64,000 nt of DNA from Camelus ferus. Its lineage: Eukaryota. A program made the translations under genes and the position numbers. This document shows, piece after piece, positions 26,616 through 40,371 of this stretch (position 1 is its first letter; each line of letters starts with the position of its first letter). Under the pieces are notes generated by a model, which made no database searches, was not told the DNA's origin, and saw only the letters and a list, made by a program, of their open reading frames with translations. The DNA lies in contig NC_045696.1 of assembly GCF_009834535.1 (NCBI RefSeq), positions 56,980,001-57,044,000 on the forward strand, written 5' to 3'.

Positions 26616-29360
26616 ACCACATTTTCTTTATCCATTTATCTGCTTGAAGGACACCTAGGTTGCTTCATATCTTGGCTATGGTATATAACACTGCAATGAA
26701 CATTGGGGTGCATATATCTTTGTGATTTAGTGTTTTTATTTTTCTCAGATAAGTACCCAGACATAGAATTGCTGGATCATATGGTAGTTCAATTTTTAAT
26801 TTTTTCAGGAACCTCTATACTGTTTTCCATAGTGGCTGTACCAATGTATATTCCCACCAAAAGTGCACAAGAGTTTCCTTTTCTTTATATCCTCACCAAC
26901 ACTTGTTAGTTATTTGTCTTTTTGATGGTAGCCATTTTGACAAATATGAGGTTATATTTCATTGTGGTTTTGATTTACATTTCCCTGATGGTTAGTGATG
27001 CTGTGCATCTTTTCATGTGCCTGTTGACAATCTCTATGTCTTCTTCGGAAAAAATGCCATTTTTAATGGAATAGTTTGCTATTTTGACATTGAATAGTGT
27101 GAGTTCTTTACATATTTTGGGCATTAACCCCTTGTCAGTTGCATCATTTGCAAATATTTTCTCCCATTCCATAAGTTGTCTTTTCATTTTGGTGATGGTT
27201 TCCTTTGCTGTGCAAACATTTTTAATTTGATGTGGTTTCATGTGCTTATTTTTGCTTTTGTTGTTCTTGCCTGAGGAAGCAGATCCAAAAAAAAAATTTC
27301 TAGGACTGATTACAAAGAGCATACTACCTATGTTTTCTTTCAGGAGTTTTGTGGTTTCAGGTCTTACATTTAAGTCTTTTGTTCATTTAAAGTCTATTTT
27401 TGTATATGTTGTGAGAAAATGGTCTAGTTTCATTTACATGTAGCTGTCCAGTTTTCCCACAGCTACTTACATGAAGAAACTGTCTTTTCCCCATTGTATA
27501 TTCTTGCCTTCTTTGCCTTTGATTAATTGACCATATATGCATGAATTTATTTCTGGGCTTTCTATTTTGTTTCATAGATCTATGTATCTGTTTTTGTGCA
27601 GTGTTATACTGTTTTGATTGCTTCAGCTTTCTAGTATAGTTTGAAGTCAGAGAGTGTGAAACATCCAGCTTTGTTCTCCTTTCTCAAGCTGGCTATGTTT
27701 TTGTGGCTTCATTCAAATTTTAGGATTTTTTTTTAGTTCTGTGCATATTGCATGGATATTTTGATAAGGATTGCATTGACTATGTAGATTGCTTTGGGTA
27801 GTATAGACTTTTTAACAATTCATTAATTCTTCCAGTCCATGAACATGGAATATCTTTATGATTTTATGTTGTCTTCAGTTTTGTTTTGTTTTTTAATCAA
27901 TGTCATACAGTTTTCAGAGTATAGGCCTTTCGCCTCCTTCGTTAAATTTGTTCCTAAGTGTTTTATTCTTTTTGATGCAGTTTTAAATGGGATTGTTTTC
28001 TTGCTTTCTCTTTTTGATAGTTCACTTTTAATGTACAGAAATGCAGATTTATGTATATTAATTTTGTTTAAATCATTTATTAGTTCCAATAGTTTTGGGT
28101 GGAGTTTTTAGGATTTTTTATAGAAAGTATCATGTCATCTGCAAATAGTGACAGTTTTACTTCTTCCCTTCCAACCTGGATGATATTTCTTTTTCTTCTA
28201 TGATTGCTGTGGCTAGGACTTCCAATACTCTTTTGAATAAGAGTGGGCATTCTTGTCTTGTTCCTAATCTTAGAGGAAAAGCTTTCAGCTTTTCACCATT
28301 GAGTATGATATTAGCTGTGGTTTTGTCACAAATGCCTCTATTATGTTGAGATATATTCCCTGTATATTGACTTTGAGGAGAGTTTTTATCATCATGTATA
28401 TTGAATTTTTCAAATGATTTTTCTGCACCTATTGTGCAGATCTTGTGATTTTTACCCTTCATTTTGTGTATGTGGTGTATCACAGTGATTTGCAGATACT
28501 GTACCAAACTTACATCCTTGGAATAAATCATATTTGGTCATGGCATATGATCCTTTTTGTATATTATTGAATCTTGTTTGCTAATATTTTGTTTAGGTTT
28601 TTTGCATCTATATTTATCAGATTTATTGGCCTATAATTTCCTTTTTTATAATGTCCTTGTCTGGCTCTGTTTTCACTATAGTGCTGGCCTCAAAGAATGA
28701 TTTTGGTAGTGTTCCCTTCTCTTCAGTTTTTTGGAAGATTTTGAGAAGGATAGGTATTATGGTTCTTTAAATGTTGGGTAGAGTTCCCCTATGAAGCCAT
28801 CTGATTCTGGACTTTTGTTTGTTGGGAATTTTTTAGTTACTAAGTTTCATTGCTAGTAATTGGTCTGTTCATATTTTCTATTTTTTCCTGATTTAGTGTT
28901 GGGATGTTGTACATTTCTAGGAGTTTGTCCATTTCTTCTAGGTTGTCCAGTTTGATTACAAATGTTTGTAGTATTCTCTTATGATTATATTTCTGTGATA
29001 TCTTTTATAACTTATTGTTCATTTTTTATTGTATTTATTTGGTCCCTCTTTTTTCTTCAAGAGTCTGGCTAAAGGTTATCAATTTTCTTTATCTTTTAAA
29101 AAACAAATTGTTAGTTTCATTGACTTTTTTTCTATTTTTTGTCTCTATTCATTTCTCCCCTGATCTTTATTACTTCCTTACTTCTACTAACTTTGGACTT
29201 TGTTTTCTTTTTGTAATTACTTTGGGTTTCTAGTTAGGTTGTTTGATATTTTTCTTGTTTATTGAAGTAAGCCTGTGCTACTATAAATTTCCGTCTTAGA
29301 AGTGCATTTGCTACATACCATAGCTTTTGAAAAGTTGTGTTTCTGTTTATATTCAGCTCG

Positions 29361-29550
29361 GGTTGGGGAGGCTATAGCTCAAGCAGTAGAGCATGCTTAA
29401 CATGTTCAATCCCCAGTACCTCCTCCCAAGAATAAATAAATAAACCTAATTACCTCCCCCAAAACAAACAAACAAAAAAGAAGAAGAAGGAGAAGAAAGA
29501 AGAAGAAAGAAGAACGAAGAAGAAAGAAGAAGAAGAAGAAAGAAGAAAGA
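29361..29550 (+). mobile_element. tRNA-derived camelid-type SINE (Vic-1-like) with (AAAC)/(GAA)n tail, nested in L1-B
   Basis: ggggaggctatagctcaagcagtagagc (A box) ... gttcaatccccagtacctcc (B box remnant; ~15 bp internal deletion relative to the other two copies). Confidence 0.88.
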
Positions 29551-32500
29551 TGATACCCCATACCCCGTATCATTGATGCAGTTCAACCCAGACATAACAG
29601 GTTGAGGGCCATGCTGCACATCCAGCCACCTTCTCTACTGAAACCTTCATTCATCTCAAGATATTTTTTATTTTCTCTTTGATTTCTTCTTTGACTCACT
29701 GGGTTTTTTTTTTAGCAGCATGTTGATTAGTCTTCATCTGTTTGTATCTTTTCCACCTTTCATCCTGTAATTGATACCTAGTTTCATATCAACTTGGTCA
29801 CAAAAGATACTTGATATGATTTTACTCTTCTTAAATTTATTGGGATTTGTTTTGTGGCCTAGGATGTGATCTATCCTGGAGAATGTTACAGTTGAAAAGT
29901 ACGTGTATTCTATAGTTTTGGGATGGAATGCTCTGTAGATATCTATTAAGTCCAACTGCTTAAAGTATCATTGAAGGCCAGTGTTTTCTTATTGATTTTC
30001 TGCCTGGATGATTTTTTCATTGTTGTAAATGGGGTATTAAAATCCTCTGCTTACACTTTATTGCTGTCAATTTCTCCTTTTATGTCTGTTAATATTTGAT
30101 TCATATATTTCGTTGTTCCTATGTTAGGTGCATATATGTTTATGAATGTTATTGCCTCTTTTTGTATTGACCTTATCATTATATAATACCCTTCTTTATC
30201 TTTTGTTGCAATCTTTGTTTTAAAGTCTATTTTGTTTGATATGAATTGTGCTACCCCAGCTTTCTTTTTGTTTCTCTTTGCATAGAATATCTTTCCATCA
30301 TTTTACCTTCAATCTGTGTGTGTCTTTAGGTCTAAAGTGAGTCTCTTGTAGGCAGCATATAGATGGGTCTTGTTTTTTATCCCTTCAACCACCTTTTGCT
30401 TTTTGATTGGGGCATTTCGTTCATTTACACTTGAAGTGATTAATGATAAGCATGTAGTTATTGCCATTTTGTTGCATGTTTTCTGATTGTTTTTTTAGTT
30501 CTCTATTCTTTTCTTCTTTGTCTCTTCCCTTGTGGTTTGATGATTTTCTTTAGCATTATGCTTGTGTTCCTCTCTTTCTCTGTTATTTATGTATCTGTTG
30601 TAGGCTTTTGGTTTGTGGTTACCAGGAGATAGATAGGGAGGGAGGGAGGAAGATAGATAGATAATTTGTTTTAAATTTATAGTTATTTCAGTTCAAACAT
30701 ATTCTTAAAATTCTACATTTTTTTTACTCCCCCACCATGTTTCATGTTTTTGACATTATATTTTACATCTTTTTGTGTATGAACTGCTCATTGTAGTTAT
30801 AATTGATTTTATGACTTTTGCCATCTAACCTTTATACTAGCTTTTTAAGTGGTTGATCCACTGCCTTTACTATTTCCCTATATCAATTAAATTTAGTTTC
30901 TTCATATATTTTCTCATTTCTTGTTATGATTTTTTTATGCTTAAAGAAGACCCTTTAACATTTCTTGTGGGATCTGCTTAGTGGTGACAAACTGTTAGTT
31001 TTTGCTTGGGAACTCTTGGGAACCCTTTTACTCTCCTTCAATTCTGAGTGATAACTTTGCTAAGTAGAGTGTCCTTGGTTTGGGCTTTTCCCTTTTAGTG
31101 CTTTAAATATATCATGCCACTCCCTTCTGGCCTACAAAGTTTCTGCTGAAAAATCAGCTGATAGCCTTTCCCTTTTATGTGACTCTGTTTTTCTCTTTCT
31201 TTCCTAAAAATAATTTCTTTATTTTTAACTTTTGCCATTTTACTTATGTGATGTATGGATCTCTTTGAGTTCATCTTTTTAGGACTCTCTATGATTCCTG
31301 GATCTGGATATGTTTCCTTTCTAGCATAGGGAATTTGCCAACCATTATTTCATCAAATATGTTTTCTGCCACTTTACCTTTTCTCTTCCTGGGACTGAAT
31401 CCTATAATGTGAATATTACATGCTTGATGTTGTTTCAGATGCCCCTAAACTATCCTATTAAATTTTTGGTTCTCTTTTTGCTGTCCTGATTAGGTGATAC
31501 CAGAATTCTATTCTCCAGGTCACTTATTAATTCTTCTGTATCACCTAATCTGCTGTTTATTCTCTCTAATGTATTTTTCATTTCAGTTATTATCCTCATC
31601 TCTGATTGGGTCTTTTTTTAATATTTTCAAACTTTTTGTTGAAGCTCTCACTGTGATTCTTTATTCTCGTGAGTTTGATAAGCATTTTTATGACCTTTCT
31701 TTGAACTCCTTATTATGTAAACTACTTACCTTCATTTCATTAGGGTTATTTTCTGGGAATTCATCTTGTTATTTCATTTGGAACATATTCCTTTGTCTTC
31801 CTCTCTGTCTTCTTATTTTGTTTGATTTTCTGTGTTTGCCTTTAAGAATTAGGCAGAACATTTAACTCACCTGGTCTGGAAGGTGTGTCATTGGATAGAA
31901 GTATCCCTTTGCAGACTATGTATGTCTGGTGGCTTTGGTGAGGAGGACTGGAGCTGAAGTGAGCATTGATGGGGTCTTTTCCTGGATTATACTGGAGCCA
32001 CCATCTTGGCCAGGTTGAGGTTGCTAGAGTCAGAGTCTGGCATGGGCTGGACTTCTCCTAGAGTTCCCTGAGGGACACTGCCTTTGGAAGAGAGGGCTGT
32101 AGCTAGAAAGGCTAGAGGTGGGGTCTGGTGTTGTTTTGAGCTTCTCCCAGGTTGTATAGGGCTGTTACCTTGGCAGGGGTGGCTTGAAGCTGGAGGAGCT
32201 AGTAATGGAGCCTGGTGTGAGCCAGGGCTTCTCCTTGGGTGTGCTGGGTGCCATTACTCAGCTGTGGGGTTAGAGCCAGAGCTGGGAGCAGGCTGTGAGT
32301 TGTGCTCGGTGGCCTTTGCTGGCTGGCTAGAGCACCAAGCAATTTTTAGTTTGCTGCCTCTGCACCTAGACTCAAGTGAGTGAGTTTACGTGCTTGCCTT
32401 TAAGTGTGGAGTCTCAGTTTCCTACAACCCTCTGGCTCTCCCAGTCATAAGCCCCACTGGTTTTCAAAACCATTTAAGGGGCATCATCTTCTCAGTGCTG

Positions 32501-32785
32501 ACTGGGGGCCTAATGTGGGGCTCTAATGCCTTGTTCTTTGGGAGGACCTCTGAGTTTGTAAATCCCCTTCCTCGTTTTGGTCGCCTACCTGGGTGTGGGT
32601 CCTGACCCTTGTACCCATCTCTGTGTGTGTGTTTTTTTTCTTTATATCCTTAATTATAGGAAAGCTGTTTTGCTAGTCTTTGAGTTGTTCTGAGTGTTGT
32701 CTGTATATAGCTGTAGTTTTGGTATATTAACGGGAGGAGCTGAGCTCAGGGTCTTCCTACTCTTCCATCTCAATCCCACCTCTGT

Positions 32786-33053
32786 CTAGTGATCTTTGAT
32801 GTTACTATTGCAAAAAATATTATGACTAACTGAAGGATCAGATGATATAGCACTTTTTAGCTATAATATATTTTTAAATTAAGGTATGTACTTTTTTTTC
32901 AGAAGTAATGCTATTGTATATTTAATAGATTACAGTGTAAAAGTCTATATGCACTGGGAAACCAGTAAAACTTGTGTGACTTACTTTAGTGTGATATTAC
33001 ACTTTATTGAGGTGGTCTGGAACCAAACCCACAATATCTCCAAGGTATGCCTG
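32786..33053 (+). mobile_element. Tigger1-family DNA transposon right end
   Basis: gtgatctttgatgttactattg ... gtggtctggaaccaaacccacaatatctccaaggtatgcctg followed by TA target dinucleotide. Confidence 0.9.
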
Positions 33054-35255
33054 TATTTATAAAAATATCAATTTCCCTCTTGATGAGGACTTATCTGTGT
33101 CCTACAAGGTTCAATATGAGGCACTTTTGTTCTATGTCATACTTTTCATTATAATTTCTTCTTTGATCATAATTACTTTAAAATATATTTTTTAGTTTCC
33201 AAAATATTTTTGTCAATGACTTCTAATTTTATTTCATGTTTATTAGGGAATATATATTATCTATGATTTTGATTATTTGTCATTTACTAATTAATTTAAC
33301 AGATATTTTTTCAGGTACCTACTTTTTTCAGAAACTGTTGATACGTAGGTCCTGATGATATGTAGTGAGGAAATCACCTACTTCTTTGCCTTTATGTTCT
33401 TAACATTGGGAGAGATATATTTTTAAAACTATTTTTAAAACTGAATGATATGTATTTGTGACTTGGGTAATGTTCATGTTTTGATGTGATCAGGCATGAT
33501 TACAGAGTGATTTTTTGTCTTGATTCATCATGGTCACAGGATGGTTTTGTGTGGTGTCTCCTGGATAACAGGGGCTGTTTTTCTTAGTTCTCTAAGTGAT
33601 TCTAATGTATTTTGATATATCCCATATCATAATTTTATATAGTTATCTCATTAATTTATTATTATTTTGAGGTTCATTACGTTATATTTTGTGATTCACT
33701 GAGGCTATTGCTTGTAATATTTTATAAACAAAATAACTTGTATCTTTCAGATATTTACTATAAAAATATAGCATTTTAGAATATTATTTCATTACATCTT
33801 GAGGCTCAAATTCTGAAAGGTTATATTATTCATTTTCTTGAACAGGTCATATTTTCACACATTTTAAACTTAAAAATCTCCTTTCTGTACACTTACAGAA
33901 ATTTTTTCTCACACACCCCATAGGATTTAGTTTTGTTATTTATCATTTTCTCGTATATAAAAAGAGTTGAAGTTAATATGCATCTAAGTACAGTATATAT
34001 AACTTTATATAAATTTTATTTTAAGAAATATTCTTTATTTATATTAATTTTGACTTTAAATTCTAGAAGCCATAATGCCATTTACTTTATTTTAATTTAA
34101 TATGTAAAAAAAGCTCAATTTTTTTTGTCAAATCAATTTTAAAATTTGTGGTTTAATAATAAAACATTCAAATATATTCTGTACTTTCAAAAATAATGTA
34201 CATTGTTTTCATGACCTGATATTTGAAATTTTATTTCCTGTTAAAACTACTACCCAGTTTACTTTTGTTGTTTTTTTGTGCCAGTTATAAAATTTCTAGG
34301 CAAATGAGTGGGTCTCAGGATGCTATATAGGAGCAACTTATAACTACTATTATATTTTCCACTTTTAACCACCTTTTTTTGGAGTTATTGAAACATCTTT
34401 ACTAACAGGATAAGAATTTTCATCAGAAAATACTACTACTGTATTTCAAGAAAATCATCTTTCTGGCATATCAGGCAAATTCATGGGAAATATCATTATT
34501 TGAACATTGGCCTATTTTTATCTTTCTGTTCTTTTAACCAATAATAGGTTAAATATAACAAAATATAACTATAAATAATAACTCAGAATCATAGTAAAAA
34601 TCATTAGCACAGCTAGCAGTATTTAGCTGAATGTCTGAGTCTTGATCATCAAATAATTATTTCTTCTCAAATACTTTTATTTTGAAATGAAGAACATATT
34701 TTGTTAATTGTTTATTGATTTATAAATCAATATCAACTATTTTTAATAATACAAATCTCTAGAGTACCCTTGTGAACTTCTGAGAGCTCATAAATCACTA
34801 ATTTAAAATACTGACGTAAGTCAAAGAGATAGGATTTGACAGAAATTTGAAGCCAAAATTGTGGCCATATATTTTAAGTACGTAGGACTGAATGGCGTAT
34901 ATATTTTTCTTAAACTTACTGCATTTCATCCTTTATTTTATCTTCATTTTCTATACTGTTTTTCTTTTGTTCCAATTTCCTTATTTTTATGTTGCATTAT
35001 ATATACTTACATGTTTCCTCAATTTCTCTTTGGAATGAGCTAGATTTCATTGGTAAATGTTTTTACTGCAGTAATGTTCATTTGCCAATTTTTTCAAAGT
35101 AGAAAATCTGTATTCAGGTTTGGAAAAATTGGTATTCTAAATAGAGTTGTATTATGTAATATGATTTTACTTTATTGTAGTAACATTAATCTTTATTTGG
35201 AGCAAGCTAAAATTAATGTTAGAAATATAAAAATGATTATTTTAATATTTTCCAG

Positions 35256-35339
35256 CTGCTAATAGGTTATGAAAATGGTACTGTAGTATTCTGGGACTTG
35301 AAATCAAAAAAAGCAGAATTGAGAGTTTATTATGATGAG
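35256..35339 (+). CDS. STXBP5L: STXBP5L internal coding exon, 84 bp
   Basis: atttccag|CTG ... GAG|gtaagt. Encodes LLIGYENGTVVFWDLKSKKAELRVYYDE (contains the WD dipeptide); phase 0-0. Confidence 0.97.
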
Positions 35340-37099
35340 GTAAGTGATTTCTACTGAAATTTTTGAAAAGAATATTGTAACTTTTTGCCTGGTTTCTACT
35401 TTTAAACTTTGTGTGTTACCATTATTTTTGTCACTGAAAAACTGCCTAGTTCTGATCCAGTGCCTCATACTGCCTGTTGGTATTTGTGCAAGTTCTAACT
35501 CTGGGTTTCCTGAGTGGAAATTCTGCCTTGACTGACTATTTTAAAATCTTTCTGGGCATCTTACATACATTGGTGCTTATTACCTATCTTTTTCTTTCCT
35601 TTGGGCTTCATGTTTATGTCTTACCTCTGTGTCCTTAAGGTCTCTAAAGACACTATTCACATCTTGCTTAGAAAATTGTTTTCCTGTGGCAGAACATTTA
35701 AGTAGTCAGTTTGAAAGACCTTATCTTCTACTACTTGCCTTCTTGCAATAAAGGTGATTTTTAAAAAAGTAATACTTAAGAGTCAGATCTTGAAGTAAGT
35801 TTTCTTGTACATAATTGACAGTTTGGGCTTTTATTTAAGGAAAGCAATGGACTCTTATCAAAGAACAATCTCTTATTGATACTTCAGTTGTTCAAAGATT
35901 GATTCTAGGCCATTAATTATTTCCTCCTTAAGATGCTAATGTGAAGAGAGTAAAGCTAGGGGCAAACGGTGACAAAGGTGAATCACCTCTTGAAGCTGTC
36001 GAAATAAAGGTGATCATTTCAGCTCTCAATTAAATTTTTAAAATGAGAGTACTGAGAGATAGGAGGAAAGTACAGGTCAAAAATCACTGTTGAACATTAC
36101 CCAGGCTTAAATGGGAAGAATGGCAAAGAATTTAGGACAACACTGAGGTTAATAGAAAAAGAAATTTAAAAGGAAAACACATTTCTTTAGAATAATTCCT
36201 TTGTGTGCTCCCTTCCACCCCCTCATAACAGTAAAATTTAAGCTTCGGTGCTTAAAGATATAAGCCTTTGGCTATCCCATAACCCGTCTCCCCATTCATT
36301 TCTTAGTGGTTCTGGCAAACTAGAATTTTATGATATACAAGATTATTGTCATAGTGACAAAGAATTCAGAAGTAAATGATATAGCAACTGAGTAATTTGG
36401 TCATGATTGGTGAAAAATACTCTGGCAAGTGATATACAATTATGCTGTTTATGATCAACTCTCAGGGCTTAAATCATAAGAAAAGAAGGTCCTAGGGAGC
36501 TAAACTAGGGCTTGCCTTTTGTTAAATACATACAATATAAAGATGAGGAGGGAGATTGCTTCCTTTCTCAAGGCTGGTAGCTAGATAAGAGTCCAAATAC
36601 TATCTGCGTATTTAGCCAGTTGTAACTAGACTAGAGCAGCTAAAAAGGATATCCAGAGGAAAATGCTGAATCAGCTAGTTTTCCTGTGGCTTTAAAAAGT
36701 GTGGGAGAATTTAAGTAGATTATTTCCATCTGAACTGTGCTTAGATCATTATTTGGATACTATAAATGAATGGGAATGAACTATGGTCAGGAGTTTGATA
36801 GGGATAATGAAAATTGTTTTAACTTGGTTGTTTCATAAGAAGCTAAAATGATATTTTTTAAAATGTGGAAAGACTGTTTCTCACCTTAAAGTAAGTAAAA
36901 GTAGTTTTTCAATAAAATGTTTAAATAAGGATTAACAATGTTTAAGTCAATAGAATGCTACACTACACCTACTTTATACCTAGAATTATATGGACATATA
37001 TATGTATATATAAATATATAATCCATTTAACTTTAATGTATAATTATGTGTCCTATTATTTTAATAAAGATGGTTATATGCTTCATGTTACTACCAAAC

Positions 37100-38200
37100 T
37101 TTTCAAGCTTTCCTCAGTACTTTACTGCTCATATTTTTGAAATCTTCTATAATACTTAACTGAAATGGTTTCTCATAAGTCACCAATGGTCAGTGACTCC
37201 TTAGTCTTTTGAGTTCCTCACTATAACTTTACATTAGCCTTTCCTTCTTGAAATGGTTTCTTCCCTTGTTTGTGTTGTTTCACTTCATTTTTCACCCCTC
37301 CTTTCTCCATCACTGGTTCTTTCCTCAGCTTTCTTTATAGATATTCTTCAGGATTCTATTTCTTCACCCTCTTTTCACTTCTCTTTCAATTTACATTTAT
37401 ATTCATATTCCCTTCCATCATTTAAAATGTTACCTGTATTATGCTAACAAGGTTAAAATCCATATATCTTTAACTCTTACCTTTTTCATAAGATCTAGAT
37501 CCAAATATTTAACAATATAAAAGTCCAGATGAATATCCCATTGGCACCAAACTTATATTTAAAGGCTTGAATCTCCTTCTGTGGTGGTTTTTCTTTTTTT
37601 CCAGTTTCTAAGTTTTGGTTAATTATTTCAACTTAGAACCCTCAGAGTCATATTGATCCTTTCTTCTTCTTCATATATTACATACAATCATTTTTGTAGT
37701 CTTCTTGATTATATTTTTATATTGCCTCTCATTTATTTCCTCTCTTTTCATTCTCACATTCAGTGTCTTAGTTTAGATTGTTATCTTTTGCCTAGAAGTC
37801 TATGATAGCCTTTTAACTAAGCACATTTCTTCTGATATCTTACCTTTTCAGTATATCTTTCACTAACAAGGTTATCATTGTAAGACATAGTCAGATCATG
37901 TAATTCTCTACCTTAGAAACTTTGAATGGCTCCCAGTTGTCAACAATACAAAGTCTTATTCCTTGACAGGAGATTTAAGGCCTTGGTGCTATCTTTTCCC
38001 TTGTGTTTAATTTACTGCATCTTTCTACACAGTCTTCACACTTCAGACATATTACTCACTATCTCCTAAACATTTATTTCCTACCTCCATGCCTTTACTC
38101 CTACTAATTCCTTACCATGAACTCTCTTCTTTCTTCTTACTTATATCAAAATTCTATTAGTTCTTTAGCCACTGTTAAGCTATTTGAACTGTCTAACTAG
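37100..38200 (+). mobile_element. L2 LINE fragment
   Basis: Pyrimidine-rich degenerate L2 motifs (ctgaaatggtttctcataagtcaccaatg, tcagatcatgt, gaatggctccc, cctacctccatgccttt). Confidence 0.7.
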
Positions 38201-39769
38201 CACCTTGATGAATAACCATTGATGATTTCAGTTTTGTTTTGTAAACCCAAGATTATTTTCAAAAATAACTATACAAATTTTACTTCCACATTAGCTGTGA
38301 AATTTTTATTTTATTGCATCAATATTTCTTAAATAATCTCTCACAGAGAAATTTCTCAGCGCTCAACATGAGGATAATCTTTTAATTCCGTGAGTAACTG
38401 CTGTTTTTCCTTTTTTCAGATTGTTATCCAGCTTTTTGGGTTTCCTTTGTCTTTTTTGTTTACAAGAAATTCAATCACAACCACTGAGTTGACCAAACTG
38501 ACTAGTGTTTTATTTTCTACATTGTTTGCCATTTAAAATATTCTTCTTTAATTACTTATATTATATTTAGTTTTTCAGTAAACCCTTACAGTCCTTTTTA
38601 AAGACAAGGGTGGAGTATAATCAAATAAATGGAAATTGAATATTTATCCATTAAGTAAGTTCAAATGCTAGTTCTTCAGTCTCCTCAGTAGTGGACTATT
38701 TGACATTCTCTTTTTAATAACAAGTTGGTTTTACATGCCTACTCTTCTGTACAACAAGTGTACTTCTTTTATAGTACTTATTTTGGTTTTGTCTTGTAGC
38801 TATTATTTTTACTTCTATCTTCTCCAGTACACAGAAATTCAGTGGGATGGAAAGAAGGATTAGGGCTTGGGGTACTTTCTCTGCCCCCACCATTTGTAGC
38901 AAAATAGTCTGAGAGAACTTTAAATTGACTGAGGTTCATTCAACTTAACATGTAGAGGAGGCAAGAAGTGACATTTCCCTTGAGTCACCTACAAAAATGG
39001 GAAGAAGTGAATAGAGGAGAAGACAAAAAGTGTTTTTTCCTCTCACTGCCTCTACTGAACCCTGGCAATAAGGAAGTCTTTTCTGCCCAGTAATAAAGAC
39101 CAGGATGAGAGAAAACATAAGTCCAGTGTGTCTTGGTATCTTTTCTAATTAATAAAATCTTACTTATCTTAAGGTATAGCTTTTATACTCTTTTTTTTTT
39201 ATGATATGTCTAATGATTACTCTAGTCATCAATTATCTGTAACTCTAATACTACTTACTGTTTAGAAATATATCTTTGTGTATATATATGTTTAGTATAA
39301 ATATATTTATATAATGGTTTTATAAATATAGATTAAAAAACTAAATATTAAAAATTCCAAACAATAAGCATTGTTAATATTAATATATGTATTCCTATCT
39401 TGCAGTTGTTTAAGTTCCTTTAAGGAAAGGATCATGCTGTATACATCTGTTCAGCTTTTATGTCTACTAGAGTTTCTTTCATTGTGCACATTACCCAAGT
39501 TCCATGTATACTTTACTAATTTTGAAGGAATACCAAGAGTTTAGAAATATGTGATAAAATTAATTACTTATTCATTAATATTTTGAGTATGTTATATAAG
39601 ACATTGTGCAACCACTAGAAATAAAATAATTTAGGAAAGTGGAATGATTATTTTTTAATTTTATATAATTCACATCTACAGAGTAAGCCTGTAAATATAA
39701 ACATTTTGAACCCTTCTTGCTTTAAATCAATTTAAATGGTATATATTAGAGTTACTATAGCTGAGTGAT

Positions 39770-39960
39770 TCAGAATATGGATTTTGTAGTTAGATACATG
39801 TTGGCTCTGAATGGTGTAACCTGAGCAAGTATCTCAATCTCTCTAGGCCTATTTCACCATGTGTAATTCGGAAAAAATAATACCTGTTTTGTAGGATTAA
39901 ATGAGATAATGTATACATAAACTGTTTACCAAGGGCTGAAACATGGTAGGCCCTTAAATT
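39770..39960 (+). mobile_element. MIR SINE
   Basis: gtgtaacctgagcaagtatctcaatctctctaggcctatttc ... gtaggattaaatgagataatgtat. Confidence 0.8.
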
Positions 39961-40371
39961 GTAACTTTAGGTAAATTACTTTTTAAATTGGCGATTTTAA
40001 GTGGAACTAGGTCTCTATCTTACCATAGATTATCTTCTGATAACCTTGCTTTTACTTCTATGTAATAATTTTCAAAAACATTAAAGGATACAGGAAGGAC
40101 ATAGTAGTTACAACAAAAAGGTCTGGGATCTAACTAAATTTTGAAATTTACTTAACTTTCCTTTATCTCAGGAGATTAATTTTTGTAGCCTTTTATAAGC
40201 ATATAGAGGATTGAAGCCAAAGGTAGTATGATCTGGGTCTGAAAAATTACATATGTTTTTTAAGTGTTATTGCTATAATAATTGTGTTAATTTACTTTTC
40301 TTTGGAATGTAGAATGATATAACATATCAACTTTTTTCTCCTCTACTTGTTTTTAATTGTTATTTCATTAG

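Larger units (their letters stand above)
26541..32780 (-). mobile_element. Second, more decayed near-full-length L1 ('L1-B') lacking its last ~420 bp; ORF2 start about 30467, ORF1 start about 31790
   Basis: Frames MDLIDIYRAFHPK..FSRIDHILGHK, TANIILNGEKLKAFPLRLGTRQECPL and [13 protein letters not shown]; long ORF1-ORF2 spacer; GC-rich 5'UTR ending tcttccatct. Confidence 0.95.

Noticed and set aside
29551..29645. Processed pseudogene or NUMT identity for the orphan segment
   Set aside because: I recognise no protein in the reading frames I translated and no mitochondrial sequence; left as unidentified pending BLAST.
33305..33322. Recursive splice site (tttttcag|gtacc)
   Set aside because: The regenerated donor GTACCT is weak, it lies in an L2-like remnant, and the intron is only about 16 kb.
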